Assembly (NCBI RefSeq): GCF_006345805.1
Contig: NC_043008.1
Coordinates: 60,822,001-60,886,000, forward strand
Source of the DNA: Octopus sinensis
Taxonomy: Eukaryota
DNA length: 64,000 nt
Reading direction: 5' to 3'
A model generated the notes under the pieces. It saw nothing but the letters and a program-made list of their open reading frames with translations. It did no database searches and was not told the origin of the DNA. Below are positions 12,525-26,079 of the stretch, piece by piece. The position numbers and the translations under genes are program-made. Positions within the stretch are counted from its first letter, which is position 1; every line of letters starts with the position of its first letter.

Positions 12525-13720
12525 GCTGGCGAAATTCAGGAAGCATGGAAATGTTGAAAAATGTGTTGTCTCGGCAGCTAACAACTGATACAGATAGTTT
12601 ATTCCTTGCTTCAGCAATTCAGAGCGTGAAAAAATGTTTCCGAAAGTCTTGGGTGGTGTATTGCTTTTTGATATTGAAAGCATGTCCACGAGATTTTGAC
12701 ATGTGGAATTCAAAAAGGTGCCCAAGTTTGTTGGTGGAAAGATGGTGGATAATCTTGTGAGTGTCTGCCAAGTCAGTTGCCAGATGTCGGAATTTTAATG
12801 TGTCTATGCTCAGGTATTCGTTTGGTTGCACGTTTCTGAACAGTTTCCAGGGGATTGATATGCAGCGCAATATAGGGGTTCCAGACTGGTGATGGAAACT
12901 TTAAATGTGTACGTAACATAGTCACACACAGTTTTAAATAGATAGGAGGAGAGCGGCTGACAAATGCTTTCCTGAGTGATGCTGAGAGAGCCTCAGCCTT
13001 CTTGACAATATTAGAGTTGTAGTTTCTTTCCAGAGCAGATCGGTGCTTACAATAATACCCATGTCACGTTCACTGACATACTTCTTACGATTGGTGTTGT
13101 TATGGAAAAGCTGTCTTTTTTCTCCCCCAAAATAGGCGTAGGAGTGGCTGTGTGGTACGTAGCTTGCTTACCAACCACATAGTTCCGGGTTCAGTCAGAC
13201 AGCATGGCAGCTTGGACAAATGTTTTCTACTATAGCCTCGGACTGACCAAAGCCTTGTGAGTGGATTTGGTTGACGAAAACTTAAAGAAGCCCGTCGTAT
13301 ATATGTATATGTATATGTGCATGTGTGTGTATATGTTTGTCCCCCCCACCACATCGCTTGACAACCGATGCTCGTGTGTTTAAGTCCCCGTAACTTAGCG
13401 GTTCGGCAAAAGAGATCGATAGAATATGTACTAGGCTTACAAAAAATAAGTCCTGGGGGCGATTTGCTCGAGTAAAGGCGGTGCTGCAGCATGGCCACAG
13501 TCAAATGACTGAAACAAGTAAAAGAGTGAAAGAGTAAAGGAGTCGCACTTGTTCACAGCTAGCTTGAATTGTCAGTCAGTAACTCATAGCTGCATTGTGT
13601 CCAGGTCTAATTGTGTCCAGATCTATAGCAAATAGGATCTGATCTTTTTATGATTTAGTACACTTATTGTCAATATAGACGCATGGCGCTCTTCATCCAA
13701 AGAAGTGCGTAATTTTTGTA
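12525..13720 (-). mobile_element. CR1-clade LINE 3' portion, interrupted by a SINE at 13134-13537
   Basis: DLDTMQL*VTD*QFKLAVNKCDS | LFWGRK is continuous across the SINE. C-terminal SRGHAFNIKKQYTTQDFRKHFFTL is typical of CR1. Confidence 0.8.
13134..13537 (+). mobile_element. tRNA-derived SINE, family B (CORE-like), full length
   Basis: GGCGTAGGAGTGGCTGTGTGG A-box, GGGTTCAGTC B-box, CORE-like CTTGGACAAATG, internal (TA/TG)n and tail GACTGAAACAAGTAAAAGAG. Confidence 0.9.
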
Positions 13721-14214
13721 CCAGCTCAGATGTTTTGAAGTTCCTCTCCTTTCAACAATTAACATCATTTCTCTCGTGTTCTCTACCTTTTTCGAAACTC
13801 TTGAGCCTGAGAACAACAGATGATCTGTTCACACAACTTAATCGTAAGCAGTGTAGAGCATTTTACATCTATATGTAGTTTTTGACATACAGTTTAATAC
13901 AAATTTTATTGTATATCGAGCTTCCGAACTGCCTTTAAGACCCGAATGCGTCTACAAACTAGTCAGTTGTGATAAGCAGTATTATTTAGTAAGCGTGTTC
14001 AAAGTATTTTTACAGTATTTTGAACTTATCCTTCAATCTAGAATTGAATTTAGGAAGGTTAGTTGAATACATGCGTAATAATGATATACTAGATTTAAAA
14101 TAATCTTGGACAGTTTTAAACGCCTCTCCTAAAAAAGTCTCAAAGCTTCTGAAATGCACTTCGTAGATATTTGAATTATATACGTTCAACCATAAATGTG
14201 TACACAGTTGCACA

Positions 14215-15960
<1,746 letters not shown>

Positions 15961-16153
15961 TATACTTGCATCAGTATGTAAGTAAAAGCAAGAAATATAA
16001 CGTGAATTGCAGTAACTTTCATTATAATTCAGCAATGAAATATTAGCAGTGTTTTGAAAGAAACCTCAAAATTTTACGCATTCCTTTGGGACTGTAAGGG
16101 AAGGAATCGCATACATCCCATCCCACGTACATACATACATACATACATACATA

Positions 16154-16322
16154 TAGGCGCAGGAGTGGCTGTGTGGTAAGTAGCTTGCTAACCAACCACA
16201 TGGTTCCGGGTTCAGTCCCACGGCGTGGCATCTAGGGCAAGTGTCTTCTGCTATAGCCCCGCGCCGACCAATGCCTTGTGAGTGGATTTGGTAGACGGAA
16301 ACTGTAAGAAGTCTGTCGTATG

Positions 16323-16372
<50 letters not shown>

Positions 16373-16546
16373 TGACAACCGATGCTAGTGTGTTTACGTC
16401 CCCGTCACTTAGCGGTTCGGCAAAAGAGAACGATAGAATAAGTACTGGGCTTACAAAGAATAGTCCCGGGGTCGATTTGCTCGCTTTGAGGCGGTGCTCC
16501 AGCATGGCCGCAGTCAAATGACTGAAACAAGTAAAAGAGTAAAGAG
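16154..16546 (+). mobile_element. Family B SINE inside a (TACA)n tract
   Basis: Same head, body and tail as 13134, with (TACA)n on both sides. Confidence 0.9.
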
Positions 16547-17374
16547 TATACATACATACATACATAGATACATACATACATAATAGATGCATACATACAT
16601 GCATACATACATGCATACATACATACATACATACATACATACATAGATGCATACATACATACATACATACATACATACATACATACATACATACATACAT
16701 ACATACATTCATACGTACATACATACATTCATACGTACATACATACACATATACATACATGCATAAATCGGAAGCTTAGGAGAACAACGGCATTGATAGG
16801 AAGAGTAGCTTCTCTGGGGTCTACGGTAGATATTAATACTTCCCTTCTTAATGAATATGCCTTCGCCATCGAGGAACATGAGATAGCTACTAAATACCGA
16901 ATAAGCAACACGGATTAAGATAGCACCAAAACAACACATTTTGGCAGAAAATGACGTTCCTACTATACTGGCGTGATATACATGACCACCCATCATCAGC
17001 TGTACCAAAATATCCAAGATATAGTAGCAGTCTCTGATGTAACGTAGCTGCAAAGGCTATTTACAGTTCAACCCGCAGGAAGGACTGCTATGAGGTATAC
17101 ATCGAAGACATGTCAGAACCAGCGGGTATGCACGTCTTTAAAACAAGGAATACTGGCGAGATACCCCAATTAAAAACTAACGAACATTTTACTGTTCTTT
17201 GGGACAGGGTATAAAAGTAATGCACGGTTATAAAGGCCAGCAGCCCAACAGAGGTTAGTGTACCGTCAACAATCCATAAAAAAAGAACATTTATGGCGTG
17301 AAGAATTATGTTTGAATATATCGAATGCCTGTTTTGCGGATTTATGATTTATCATTTACCGACAACTACACATG

Positions 17375-17512
17375 CTTTATTTTCTCTCCTTGTTTCTTTC
17401 TGTGTTCCTTTCTGTGGAAGAGCGTAGGCTCAAAACGTTAAAGGCATTTTTCAATTCCCGAGCGTTATACTAATACATTTGTTTATTGTCTGTACCACTT
17501 GCCTTCGTGTTT

Positions 17513-17520
<8 letters not shown>
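17375..17520 (+). repeat. Penelope pLTR-like repeat with a variant minimal hammerhead (17407-17444)
   Basis: CCTTT-CTGTGGA-A-GAGC GTAG GCTC-AAAA-CG-TT-AAAGG. Homologous copies at 19830-19970 (-) and 44370-44550 (+). Confidence 0.6.
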
Positions 17521-17565
<45 letters not shown>

Positions 17566-17710
17566 TAACAATTGAGGATAACATCTTTAAAAGAAATTAT
17601 CAGTAGTCAGCGTGAAACCTCGTAAGAGAAAAAAATCCGTAAATTCTTCCTCTTTGAAAATATTCATTTATATTATATTGAGGGTACTACTATTCGTAGA
17701 TACCACACGC

Positions 17711-17760
<50 letters not shown>

Positions 17761-17792
17761 AAGCGAGAAAGAAGCAACAAGAATGGATAGGT

Positions 17793-17883
17793 TTTTAGTA
17801 CGATCGTGTCATACAAGGACAGGTTTTATTAAAAGTTGCAAAGATTACAGCATATAAACGAGTCCCGTACTCATCAGCTAAAA
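17793..17883 (-). ncRNA. Type I hammerhead with long stem II and one core substitution
   Basis: Minus strand: TTTTAG-CTGATGA-GTACGGGAC...GTCCTTGTAT-GACA (for GAAA)-CGATCG-TA-CTAAAA. Stem I is 6 bp perfect. Confidence 0.7.
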
Positions 17884-17974
17884 TACATGTAAGTTCTCTA
17901 GACATCCTAGTTTTGAGGCTATACTCATGAAGTAATGTAGATAATTAAACAGATTTCTAAAGTTCATTAAAGTT

Positions 17975-18074
17975 NNNNNNNNNNNNNNNNNNNNNNNNNN
18001 NNNNNNNNNNNNNNNNNNNNNNNNNNNNNNNNNNNNNNNNNNNNNNNNNNNNNNNNNNNNNNNNNNNNNNNNNN
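17975..18074. other. Assembly gap (100 N)
   Basis: Run of N. Confidence 1.
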
Positions 18075-18136
18075 GTCATACTGCACCAGAAGATAAGACA
18101 AAAAGACAAGATAAACTAGCAAAAGATTACTGGATA

Positions 18137-18194
18137 ATTCCAGATCCTGGATTTCTGACTTTGCATAAGAAATGCTTTGCCTCTTCAGGGGAAT
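18137..18194 (-). ncRNA. Type I hammerhead motif, slightly degenerate
   Basis: Minus strand: ATTCCC-CTGAAGA-GGC AAA GCAT TTCTT ATGC AAA GTC-(A)-GAAA-TC CAG GA-TC-TGGAAT. Confidence 0.65.
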
Positions 18195-18321
18195 ATACGC
18201 AGAAAGTAACATATAATACAAACATATATATACATACAGCATACAAATACTTACATATACGAACGTATACATACATTATATATGCACGTATGCAACACGA
18301 CCCGTTGAAATTGCCCGCCTC

Positions 18322-18352
<31 letters not shown>

Positions 18353-18355
18353 AAT

Positions 18356-18431
<76 letters not shown>

Positions 18432-18484
18432 CTATATACTCACGCAAGCCCCCACACATCACACATAAGTGTTTGCATATATCT

Positions 18485-19548
18485 ATGAAAGGCCAAAAAC
18501 CAAATTTCAATTGCAACCCATCCGTCAGTCTTGTAAATCCTTTGAAAACGGTTATAGTTATCAATAATAGGAAAAAATCATAGACAAATGTTCACCAAAA
18601 ATATATTTAAAATCGATATTAACTCTATGGAGTAACACTTCGAAGTAATAGATTGACTCAACAAAATCCCAACCAAAAATGAATAACATTTCTACCAGTT
18701 TCACATAATAGATTTTTATGCTTCAATAGTATTCTCATAGCTGCTTTGAACTTCGCTAAAACCATAACCACAACAAACGACACCGAAATAAAAACAATTT
18801 TATCTGCAAGGAAACCGCTCCTCTTCAGAAACCGTAGCAATGTTTTCTGAATTAAGAATTAAATAAATCACTAATAAATCATTTGATGTAAGTATGGGAT
18901 CAAAAGACTCGGTAGAGGTAAGCCACATCGTTGTTTTTTTACACAATAAATATCCATCCGTCACAGATGGTCTTTATACGGACGACGGTCTACTCCTGCT
19001 AAGGATCTAAAACCTACAAACAGTCCTCGATAAATTTGGGAAGACACTATGTCTCTTCTTAAAAAATTTGAGCTTCTCTATTACTGTAGAAACACAAATA
19101 AATTTCAGTCAACTTTCTTGGCATTACTATCGACCTGGAATCCAGTATCTATAAATCATACAAGAAAGATAACGAAAAATTTCAGTATATACCTAAAGAA
19201 TAAAACCACCCCAAAAGCATTATTAAAAACTTAGTAAAGATCATTTCTTTTTCACTTTCTTCTTTTCTTTAAATTAAAATAAACAAAAAGAAATAACACC
19301 CCCATATAGCGAAGCTGCCAACAACAGCGGTTAGACGGGAAAAGTGCAATATATGAACAACAAATCTCGCACAAATATGAACATACATAACTATAGAAAA
19401 AGAATAACCTTCTGGTTTAATCCACCCTCCAACATACAAGTCCCTATAGCAGTAGCCAAATTATTTCAGAAAATACTACAAAAACCCTTCAACCACAAAC
19501 ACATGTACTACAAACTAATAAACAAACACTATGTAAAAATGAAACCAA
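18485..19548 (+). mobile_element. Penelope-like element reverse transcriptase relic
   Basis: Frameshifted translation: KPNFNCNPSV.LVNP, FYQFHIIDFYASI, ALNFAK, ARKPLLF, FDVSMGS.DS.EV, GLYTDDGLL, RKRITFWFNPP. These are PLE RT and thumb motifs. Confidence 0.85.
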
Positions 19549-19752
19549 TTAAAATCTCCAGCAATTACAGCAAATGTTTCTATGTTCACTTTTGTTAAAC
19601 ACAATATTTTAATCACGTTTTAAGTGAATGTAATTTCAACACTGTAAGTTGTTTGCTCAGTAATTATTCATATTTTAGTTCTCTTTAAACAGACTGAAAC
19701 AAGTAATATATATATATACATACATACATGCATGCATACATACATACATACA

Positions 19753-19786
<34 letters not shown>

Positions 19787-19829
19787 CATACTTATATATA
19801 TATATATATATAAATATATTGAGAATATA

Positions 19830-19970
19830 CGAAAAACAAAAGTCGAAGATGGGTGTGTAAACAGGAAATAGATGCATTAGTTTAACGCTCGGGAACTGGG
19901 AAAGTCGTTTACGTTTCCAGCCAACGATCATCGACAGAAAGCAACACAGAAAAAACAGGGGAGAAGAAAT
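19830..19970 (-). repeat. pLTR-like repeat (17375 family) with decayed hammerhead at 19907-19941
   Basis: Minus strand CTTT-CTGTCGA-TGATCGTTGGCTG-GAAA-CG-TA-AAC, with flanks homologous to 17375 and 44370. Confidence 0.55.
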
Positions 19971-20000
19971 ATATATATTTGAAACTGACTTATTGGAAGT

Positions 20001-20044
20001 CCACCTGAAGATTGTCGATCAAGGACAAGAAACAATTGTAGTGG
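20001..20044 (+). ncRNA. Minimal type I hammerhead ribozyme, intact core
   Basis: CCAC-CTGAAGA-TTGTC GATCAAG GACAA-GAAA-CAATTG-TA-GTGG. Stem I 4 bp, stem II 5 bp, palindromic stem III, GUA cleavage triplet. Confidence 0.85.
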
Positions 20045-20059
20045 CGGTTTTTTGACTTT

Positions 20060-20208
20060 TTATTAAAATTTTATGTATTGATTAAGTCTTCCTTGTTGTG
20101 TTGCAAAATAGTGGTTTTGTCTCTAATAATATTATATAATATTTTACTATAAAATTGGATTTAATCCTAAATCTGATTTTTTCCCTGTAAATTTGGATTA
20201 TTCCCTAA

Positions 20209-20212
<4 letters not shown>
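20060..20212 (+). repeat. Penelope pLTR-like 3' segment, also present at 44186-44335
   Basis: AAAATTTTATGTATTGATTAAGTC...TAGTGGTTTTGTCTC...CCTAAATCTGATTTTTTCCCTGTAAATTTGGA is shared. It directly follows the hammerhead. Confidence 0.7.
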
Positions 20213-20243
<31 letters not shown>

Positions 20244-20854
20244 GTTCAAATAAATGTATTGGAAAATATCCTATGATTGGCTTGAGATAGACTGTATATA
20301 GTTAAGTATAGGCAACCACATGTTGTACAGAAAGTCAATAACAATAGTTCTCAGCTGAATTTATAGGTATAGTGAGAGAAAAGAAAATTATCTAAAACTA
20401 GTGGAGGTTTTTTCGAGATATCAATCGACCAAAAGTTAAATGCAGATATGAAAAGGGCATTTAGTATGGTATTTAGGAAGTTTGGCGAAGATTCCTGATA
20501 GCTTTTAGTCTTGTATATTCTCAGTGAAGCAGTGTCCACATACAGCTGCAAAGACGTTAGTATGACTATTAGATATAGTGCTTTGTGGATCAATAATTCA
20601 CTGATCACATAATTCAAAATAATGGTAGTGGAAAGTTTTGCATGAGGAATATATACGCAAAGGTACATATATGGATATTTACGTGTTTGCATGAACATAT
20701 ATACACACACGCACACACACACATACCTACCTACCTACCTACCTACCTACCTACATATATATAAATGTAAACACATACATACATATATATGTATATATGC
20801 ATATATGTACGTATGTACATGAGTATACTTACATATACATAATCCTTCACCTCA

Positions 20855-20927
<73 letters not shown>

Positions 20928-21185
20928 ATACATAAATATATATACATATACCTACATACTCGCACTCTCAAACACACACACACACACACACACATAATAA
21001 TGAGCAAATTTACTACCAGCAAGTTTATATATTCAGAAAAACCAACGAAGCCGGGAAAAGAAAAAGATAATACAAAATAAAAGAAAATACTGAAGCATAA
21101 CCCAAACAAAAATATATTTCTTTCTAATCTACATATTTGGGTTTCTTTCTCACAAATTATCCGCAACATATATCTCTATACTCAC

Positions 21186-21240
21186 CGCTGCAAGACAGCA
21201 GTAGCACGTACATGAAAGCCGGCCGTAATTTACCGTACAT
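21186..21240 (-). CDS. Candidate first coding exon encoding a signal-peptide-like sequence (MYGKLRPAFMYVLLLSCS)
   Basis: ATG at 21240 with an in-frame TGA just upstream, basic then hydrophobic residues, and donor G|GTGAGT (phase 1). No transcript evidence. Confidence 0.3.
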
Positions 21241-21720
21241 ATCTCAGAGCCATAAATAATTTGTGTACTCCACCTTGAATCCCATAAATAAAAATAAAAG
21301 TACCATTAAGAACAACATACCTGTACAATCACAACGAACGTGCTTATATAACATTCGTATTTCACGACTATTTGTTTTGTAATTTTTTTTCCATACCAAG
21401 CTAACTGCATATTTCCAGCCATCAGGAGACTAAATTGGTCAGAGAGAGAAATAGATAGATAAATGGATACATTATACATACATACACACATACATATATA
21501 CACACATACATACATACAAACGTACGTACGTACGTACATACATACATACATACATACATACATACATACATACATACATACATACATAGAGAAGTGGAGA
21601 AATGAGACGAGGAAAGGGATACAGGAAAAGATTCACTTTCCCTTCCACCAGTTTACTGAGATTACTATGCTAGCCTGTAGCTCTCCCGAGCTTAATTTGA
21701 AGTTACAATGACTGTATAAC

Positions 21721-21951
21721 CTGTGGGCCTCAATCATTTTTTTCTTATGATCTCCTTTGATTCTTATTTCACTCGGGTAGAACCCCTTAGCATTTCGTTG
21801 TTTAAAAAGAAAGCCTTATGGTATTTTTATAATTAAATATTAGGAATGATATAAGCAAAAATGAACATTTTGTGTGTTGTAGGGGCATAACCGATTTGTT
21901 GCACAATTTTTAACAACAGAATCTTATATGGACCCCAGTTGAGAACCATTG
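21721..21951. mobile_element. hAT (Charlie-like) MITE, decayed
   Basis: Ends CTGTGGGCCTCAATC / GTTGAGAACCATTG resemble the CAGTGGTTCTCAAC TIR. Confidence 0.55.
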
Positions 21952-23482
21952 ATCCAATCCTTAGTCAGGCATCTAGCTCAGCGACATCAGGGTAGGTCTA
22001 CCCACCAGCAAGTATGATACGCCTAGACTAAGCTTCGCCTCGTGTCTTCTATACTTTACCCGAAGTGTCACTCTTCTGGTAAAAGAGATTCCTAACATGT
22101 AATTATTGTCCCAGGCAGAGTAAATTTGGGAGTAGAGATAGCTAAGCAGTAGTTCCATACTCTCTGTAACACGAGGATGACCTAGCTGGAGCTTCACCAT
22201 CGGATGCATTTTATTGTCTTATCTGGGATATTTGAAATCAACTCCGCAGGATTAATCTCCCGTCACGTTTTGCCATTTCGAAAAAGGTTATCAGCATCCC
22301 TATTGCAAAACATTAATGATATTGATAAATATTGATAAAATCATTAGCTGTAAACAAACTCCCAATGCATGAGGAAAGCAAGAACAGAAAATATACACAG
22401 TTGCATGGCGTGCTAGAAATAACAGCACCTTATAACTCAACTGTATTATGAAACAACACATTATATAATGTGTTTTAGTGTATATTATAAATGAAATACA
22501 GACAACATGGTCATAGACGGAGTTCGCTCGGGCGCTTGATAGATCGCCCAGCAAGAAATTACAGTCGTATAATGCATTATTGTCTTAAAAGAGGAATACT
22601 GTGTATACGGTCTTCCAGTAACGGCCTTGTCCGAAAGGAATACAATTTTTGATCGTAACTATGATCGATCCCTTAAGTTCTTTGAATAAAGAAGAAGAAG
22701 AACGAAAACAACAACAACAACAATAACATCGGCAGCAACAATAATAATAGCAACAACACAATAAACAACTACCAACACAATGGCCGTCGAAAATTCTACT
22801 AAGCTGTAATAATAGTCATTAAGATCGCTTGAAAACATAGATACCACATTTTTCTTACTGGTACAGCCCTTGTATGGAATAGGTGGAGTCCGCAAAATCT
22901 AAGCCTACTTAAAACAAAGCTAAAATCTCTTCCAACGATACATGGAATGAAATACAACTAATAAATCAGTAGCATATATCCTGAAAAAAAAAGATATAAT
23001 GAAATAAAAAAAAAATAAATAAATAAATAGCATAAAATATTACCTCAAGGCTCTCCATTTCTACTGAATATTCAAAAGATAAAATACCAAGTCTGAACAG
23101 ATAAAAGGTGAAAACTAATTTACATAAAAACAAAAACAGACATAAAAGCTTAGTAATCATTAAAATATTTGTTTGTGCATATCAGATGAAAGTTAATCTA
23201 AATTACTCTCTGAGCTGTGGAAATATAAATAAATAAACGCTTTGATCAAATAGGCAGAGACAGAGTGGGAATGGCTACCTCGGTACCAAAATTTACGCCA
23301 GCATTTTATAGTAATAATGTCAAACGAATGTGAGTGACTCTATGTTATTGTTCGTCCAACGAGAAATGGCAACTAAATCTGTTCCGCAGCACACTTTCAT
23401 AGATAGATAGATACATGCATGCATGCATACATACATACATACATACATACATACATACATACATACATACATACATACATAC

Positions 23483-23885
23483 ATGGTGGCTGCCCCCTCA
23501 TTATCGAATATGGCCATTGCACGAATCTTAATCAATGTTGTTATTGTGCAACGCCTGTGCAAGAAGATTTTGTTTTTAAAGTGAGGAAAGGCTGTGTACT
23601 GAATCAATCCCACTCACTAAGCAACAGCAGCCATAATCCGAAAAGAAGAACAAGTCAACATCATCGGTAACCACTGAGCCGCAGGTTTTATGTCGGAGTT
23701 ATCCCAGTTACTTGAGTTACCATCTCCTAGAAGGATGCCCTAACAAAGGCTAGGAGTCCTTCACTCCCAATGGTTTAACAGCGCGATCGGGGTATTCAGT
23801 CCGATTATTTATATGTCCCCGCGCATGATACATCCTTAAGACATTTATTGGATGGCCGTTGACTCTCAACAGTTAATCCGCCTTA
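23483..23885 (-). mobile_element. Non-autonomous retroelement with an RTE-like tail, in a (TACA)n tract
   Basis: Minus 3' end GCAATGGCCATATTCGATAATGAGGGGCAGCCACCA(TGTA)n is similar to the 3' end of the RTE fragment at 23925. Confidence 0.5.
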
Positions 23886-23924
23886 CATACATACATACAT
23901 ACGTACATACATAATACATACATA

Positions 23925-24180
23925 TATAGTGGCTGCTTTCTTGTATACAAGCAAAGCCATTGCTAGAAGAATCATTGAAATGAGTCATTGATGATGCAAT
24001 GTGAAGCTCTTATATGACTTGATCCCCGACAAAGATTTGCACATTTTATTGCATAATACACTGTTGTACTGCCTGCCAGAAGGGACTGGTGTCACAGTAT
24101 GAAGTCTTTTGACAAGTCTTCTTAATTCTGCAACAGAATGGGACGCATTTCCACAGATTGATCAGGTTCAGTTGCGAACA
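23925..24180 (-). mobile_element. RTE LINE 3' end fragment
   Basis: Minus frame VLCNKMCKSLSGIKSY resembles the RTE C-terminal zinc knuckle, followed by a short UTR ending GCAGCCACTA(TA/TGTA)n. Confidence 0.6.
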
Positions 24181-24183
24181 ATA

Positions 24184-24408
24184 AAAAATAAAATCAATGC
24201 GCCCTTTTAAAGCCTATGGCGTATGTCCTCCCCAGCTGGACGGGACGTCAGTCCATCGCGGTGTTACTCATTTTTGCCAACTGAGTGGACTGGAGCAACG
24301 TGAAGTGTTTTGCTCAAGAAAACAACGCGTCGCCCGGTCCAGGAATCGAAACCACAATCTTACGATCATGATGCTGACACACTAACCACTAAGCCACGCG
24401 CCTTCACT
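24184..24408 (-). mobile_element. Family C SINE with 13-bp TSD
   Basis: Reverse complement of the 46465 copy. TSD GTTGCGAACAATA at 24171-24183 and 24409-24421. Confidence 0.9.
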
Positions 24409-24457
24409 GTTGCGAACAATAGCCAGGGATACCGCTGTGGCTAAACAACAGCCACCA

Positions 24458-25135
24458 GTGGAGGCGCAATGGCCCAGTGGTTAGGGCAGCGTAAGAACAC
24501 GGTTTCGATTCCCAGATCGGGCATTGTCAGTGTATATTGAGCAAAAACGCCTAAGCTCCACGAGGTTCCGGCGGGGGGTGATGGTGAACTCCGCCGTACT
24601 CTTTCACCACAACTTCCTCTAACTCTTTCTTCCTACTTCTGCCACAAAGCAGAGGAACCATGGTGTAACCCACTATGGTGTGGTAAACTTTCAGACCCTA
24701 GTCCAGATTGCGAATCTTCTGTATCCCACGATGTTTCAGCTCTTCACCCGTTATAAGCCACCGTTTACGGAATGAGGATAACAACGTAGCTTTCGCGCCC
24801 GTGCAACCGCCAGTCTATCGCCTGTGGTGGGTGGATCTTCAATTTGCCACACGCATTCTTAGTCGCTTAGAGTAGGCTCCAATTAGAGATTATTACTTGT
24901 GGGTAATGGCATGAGTCCTGATTGGAAGAAGAAGAAGAAAGAAGAAGAAGAAGAAGAAGAAGAAGAAGAAGAAGAAGAAGAAGAAGAAGAAAACGAAAAA
25001 GAAGAAGAAGAAGATGATGAAGAAGAAGAAAAAGAAGAAGAAGAAGAGAAGAAGAAGAAGAAGAAGAAGAAGAAGAAGAAGAAGAAGAAGAAGAAGAAGA
25101 AGAAGAAGAAGAAGGAGAAGAAGAAGAAGACGACG
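24458..25135 (+). mobile_element. Family D-head SINE with long tail and (GAA)n
   Basis: TGGCCCAGTGGTTAGGGCAGCG A-box, GTTTCGATTCC B-box, a roughly 290-bp tail shared with 38181, (GAA)n at 24925-25130, and TSD ACAACAGCCACCA / ACAATAGCCACCA. Confidence 0.85.
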
Positions 25136-26079
25136 ACAATAGCCACCACAATACAAAAAAAATGATAAAATGATTAAATAAATTACCTATGACAAAACAT
25201 TTACTGAAAATTCTTCAGTGTATTGAAAAATATATCACCGCTACTTAATAATCGAAATGGACAAGTAATCCCATTTTGGTATCGATATTTTCAACAATAC
25301 TTTGGGAAAAAAACGGAAGTAAAACCAAATTCCTGTCAATAATAATGTTACTCACATCATATCCTTCGATTGTGAACCCTAATTTGTCTCAAATTGGGAA
25401 TAAACATATCTTTTACCAATATATTATCAACTGAATGACTTTTAGTTGAAATGGATGTCACTTTACTCTTAAAGTATTTCCAAGATCTGGCCAGAGAATG
25501 TAAAACTATGCTCGCTTTTCCTTTCAGCAATCACCACAACGCATTCTACTGTATGTTCTTAAAAGCAGCCTTACTTTACGGTAAAAATATCGTTCGATCT
25601 AATGTACTGGTTTAGAATAGAACGCTGGATCGTTACTAATTCTTTTGTATCATTATTATTCTTGAGAGAATGGAGTTAGCGAAATAACCCCTAATTTCAC
25701 TAAAATCCATTATTGTTTCCACAAAGTGCAACAGAAAAATATTGGATAGAATTTCAAATAATAAGGAAAGATAGTACACAAGGTTACTGTCATTCGCTGT
25801 ACAGAATATAAAAAAAAATAAAAAGAAGAAATACATTCAAATGATAGAGGAAGAATTCTTGCATGCTATATGTAAAAGACGAAGGGAGACAGATTTCTTG
25901 TATAAAATGTCTTTTAAGATATAAATCTGTATGTCGTTAAGAAAGAAATACATCTCTCGGAGTAGAACTTGATGCAGTCTCTAAAAAACAAATACCAGGT
26001 ACAATGAAAAGACACAGACGTGGCTGTGTGGTAAGAAGTTCGCTTCCTAACCACGTGGTTCCTGGTTCAGTCCCACTGA

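Noticed and set aside
16770-17330. Complex sequence between microsatellites, probably an old TE
   Set aside because: No protein or terminal motif could be recognised, so it was left unannotated.
21274-21320. 47-nt GT-AG intron candidate on the minus strand
   Set aside because: It is very short and has a weak AAG acceptor.
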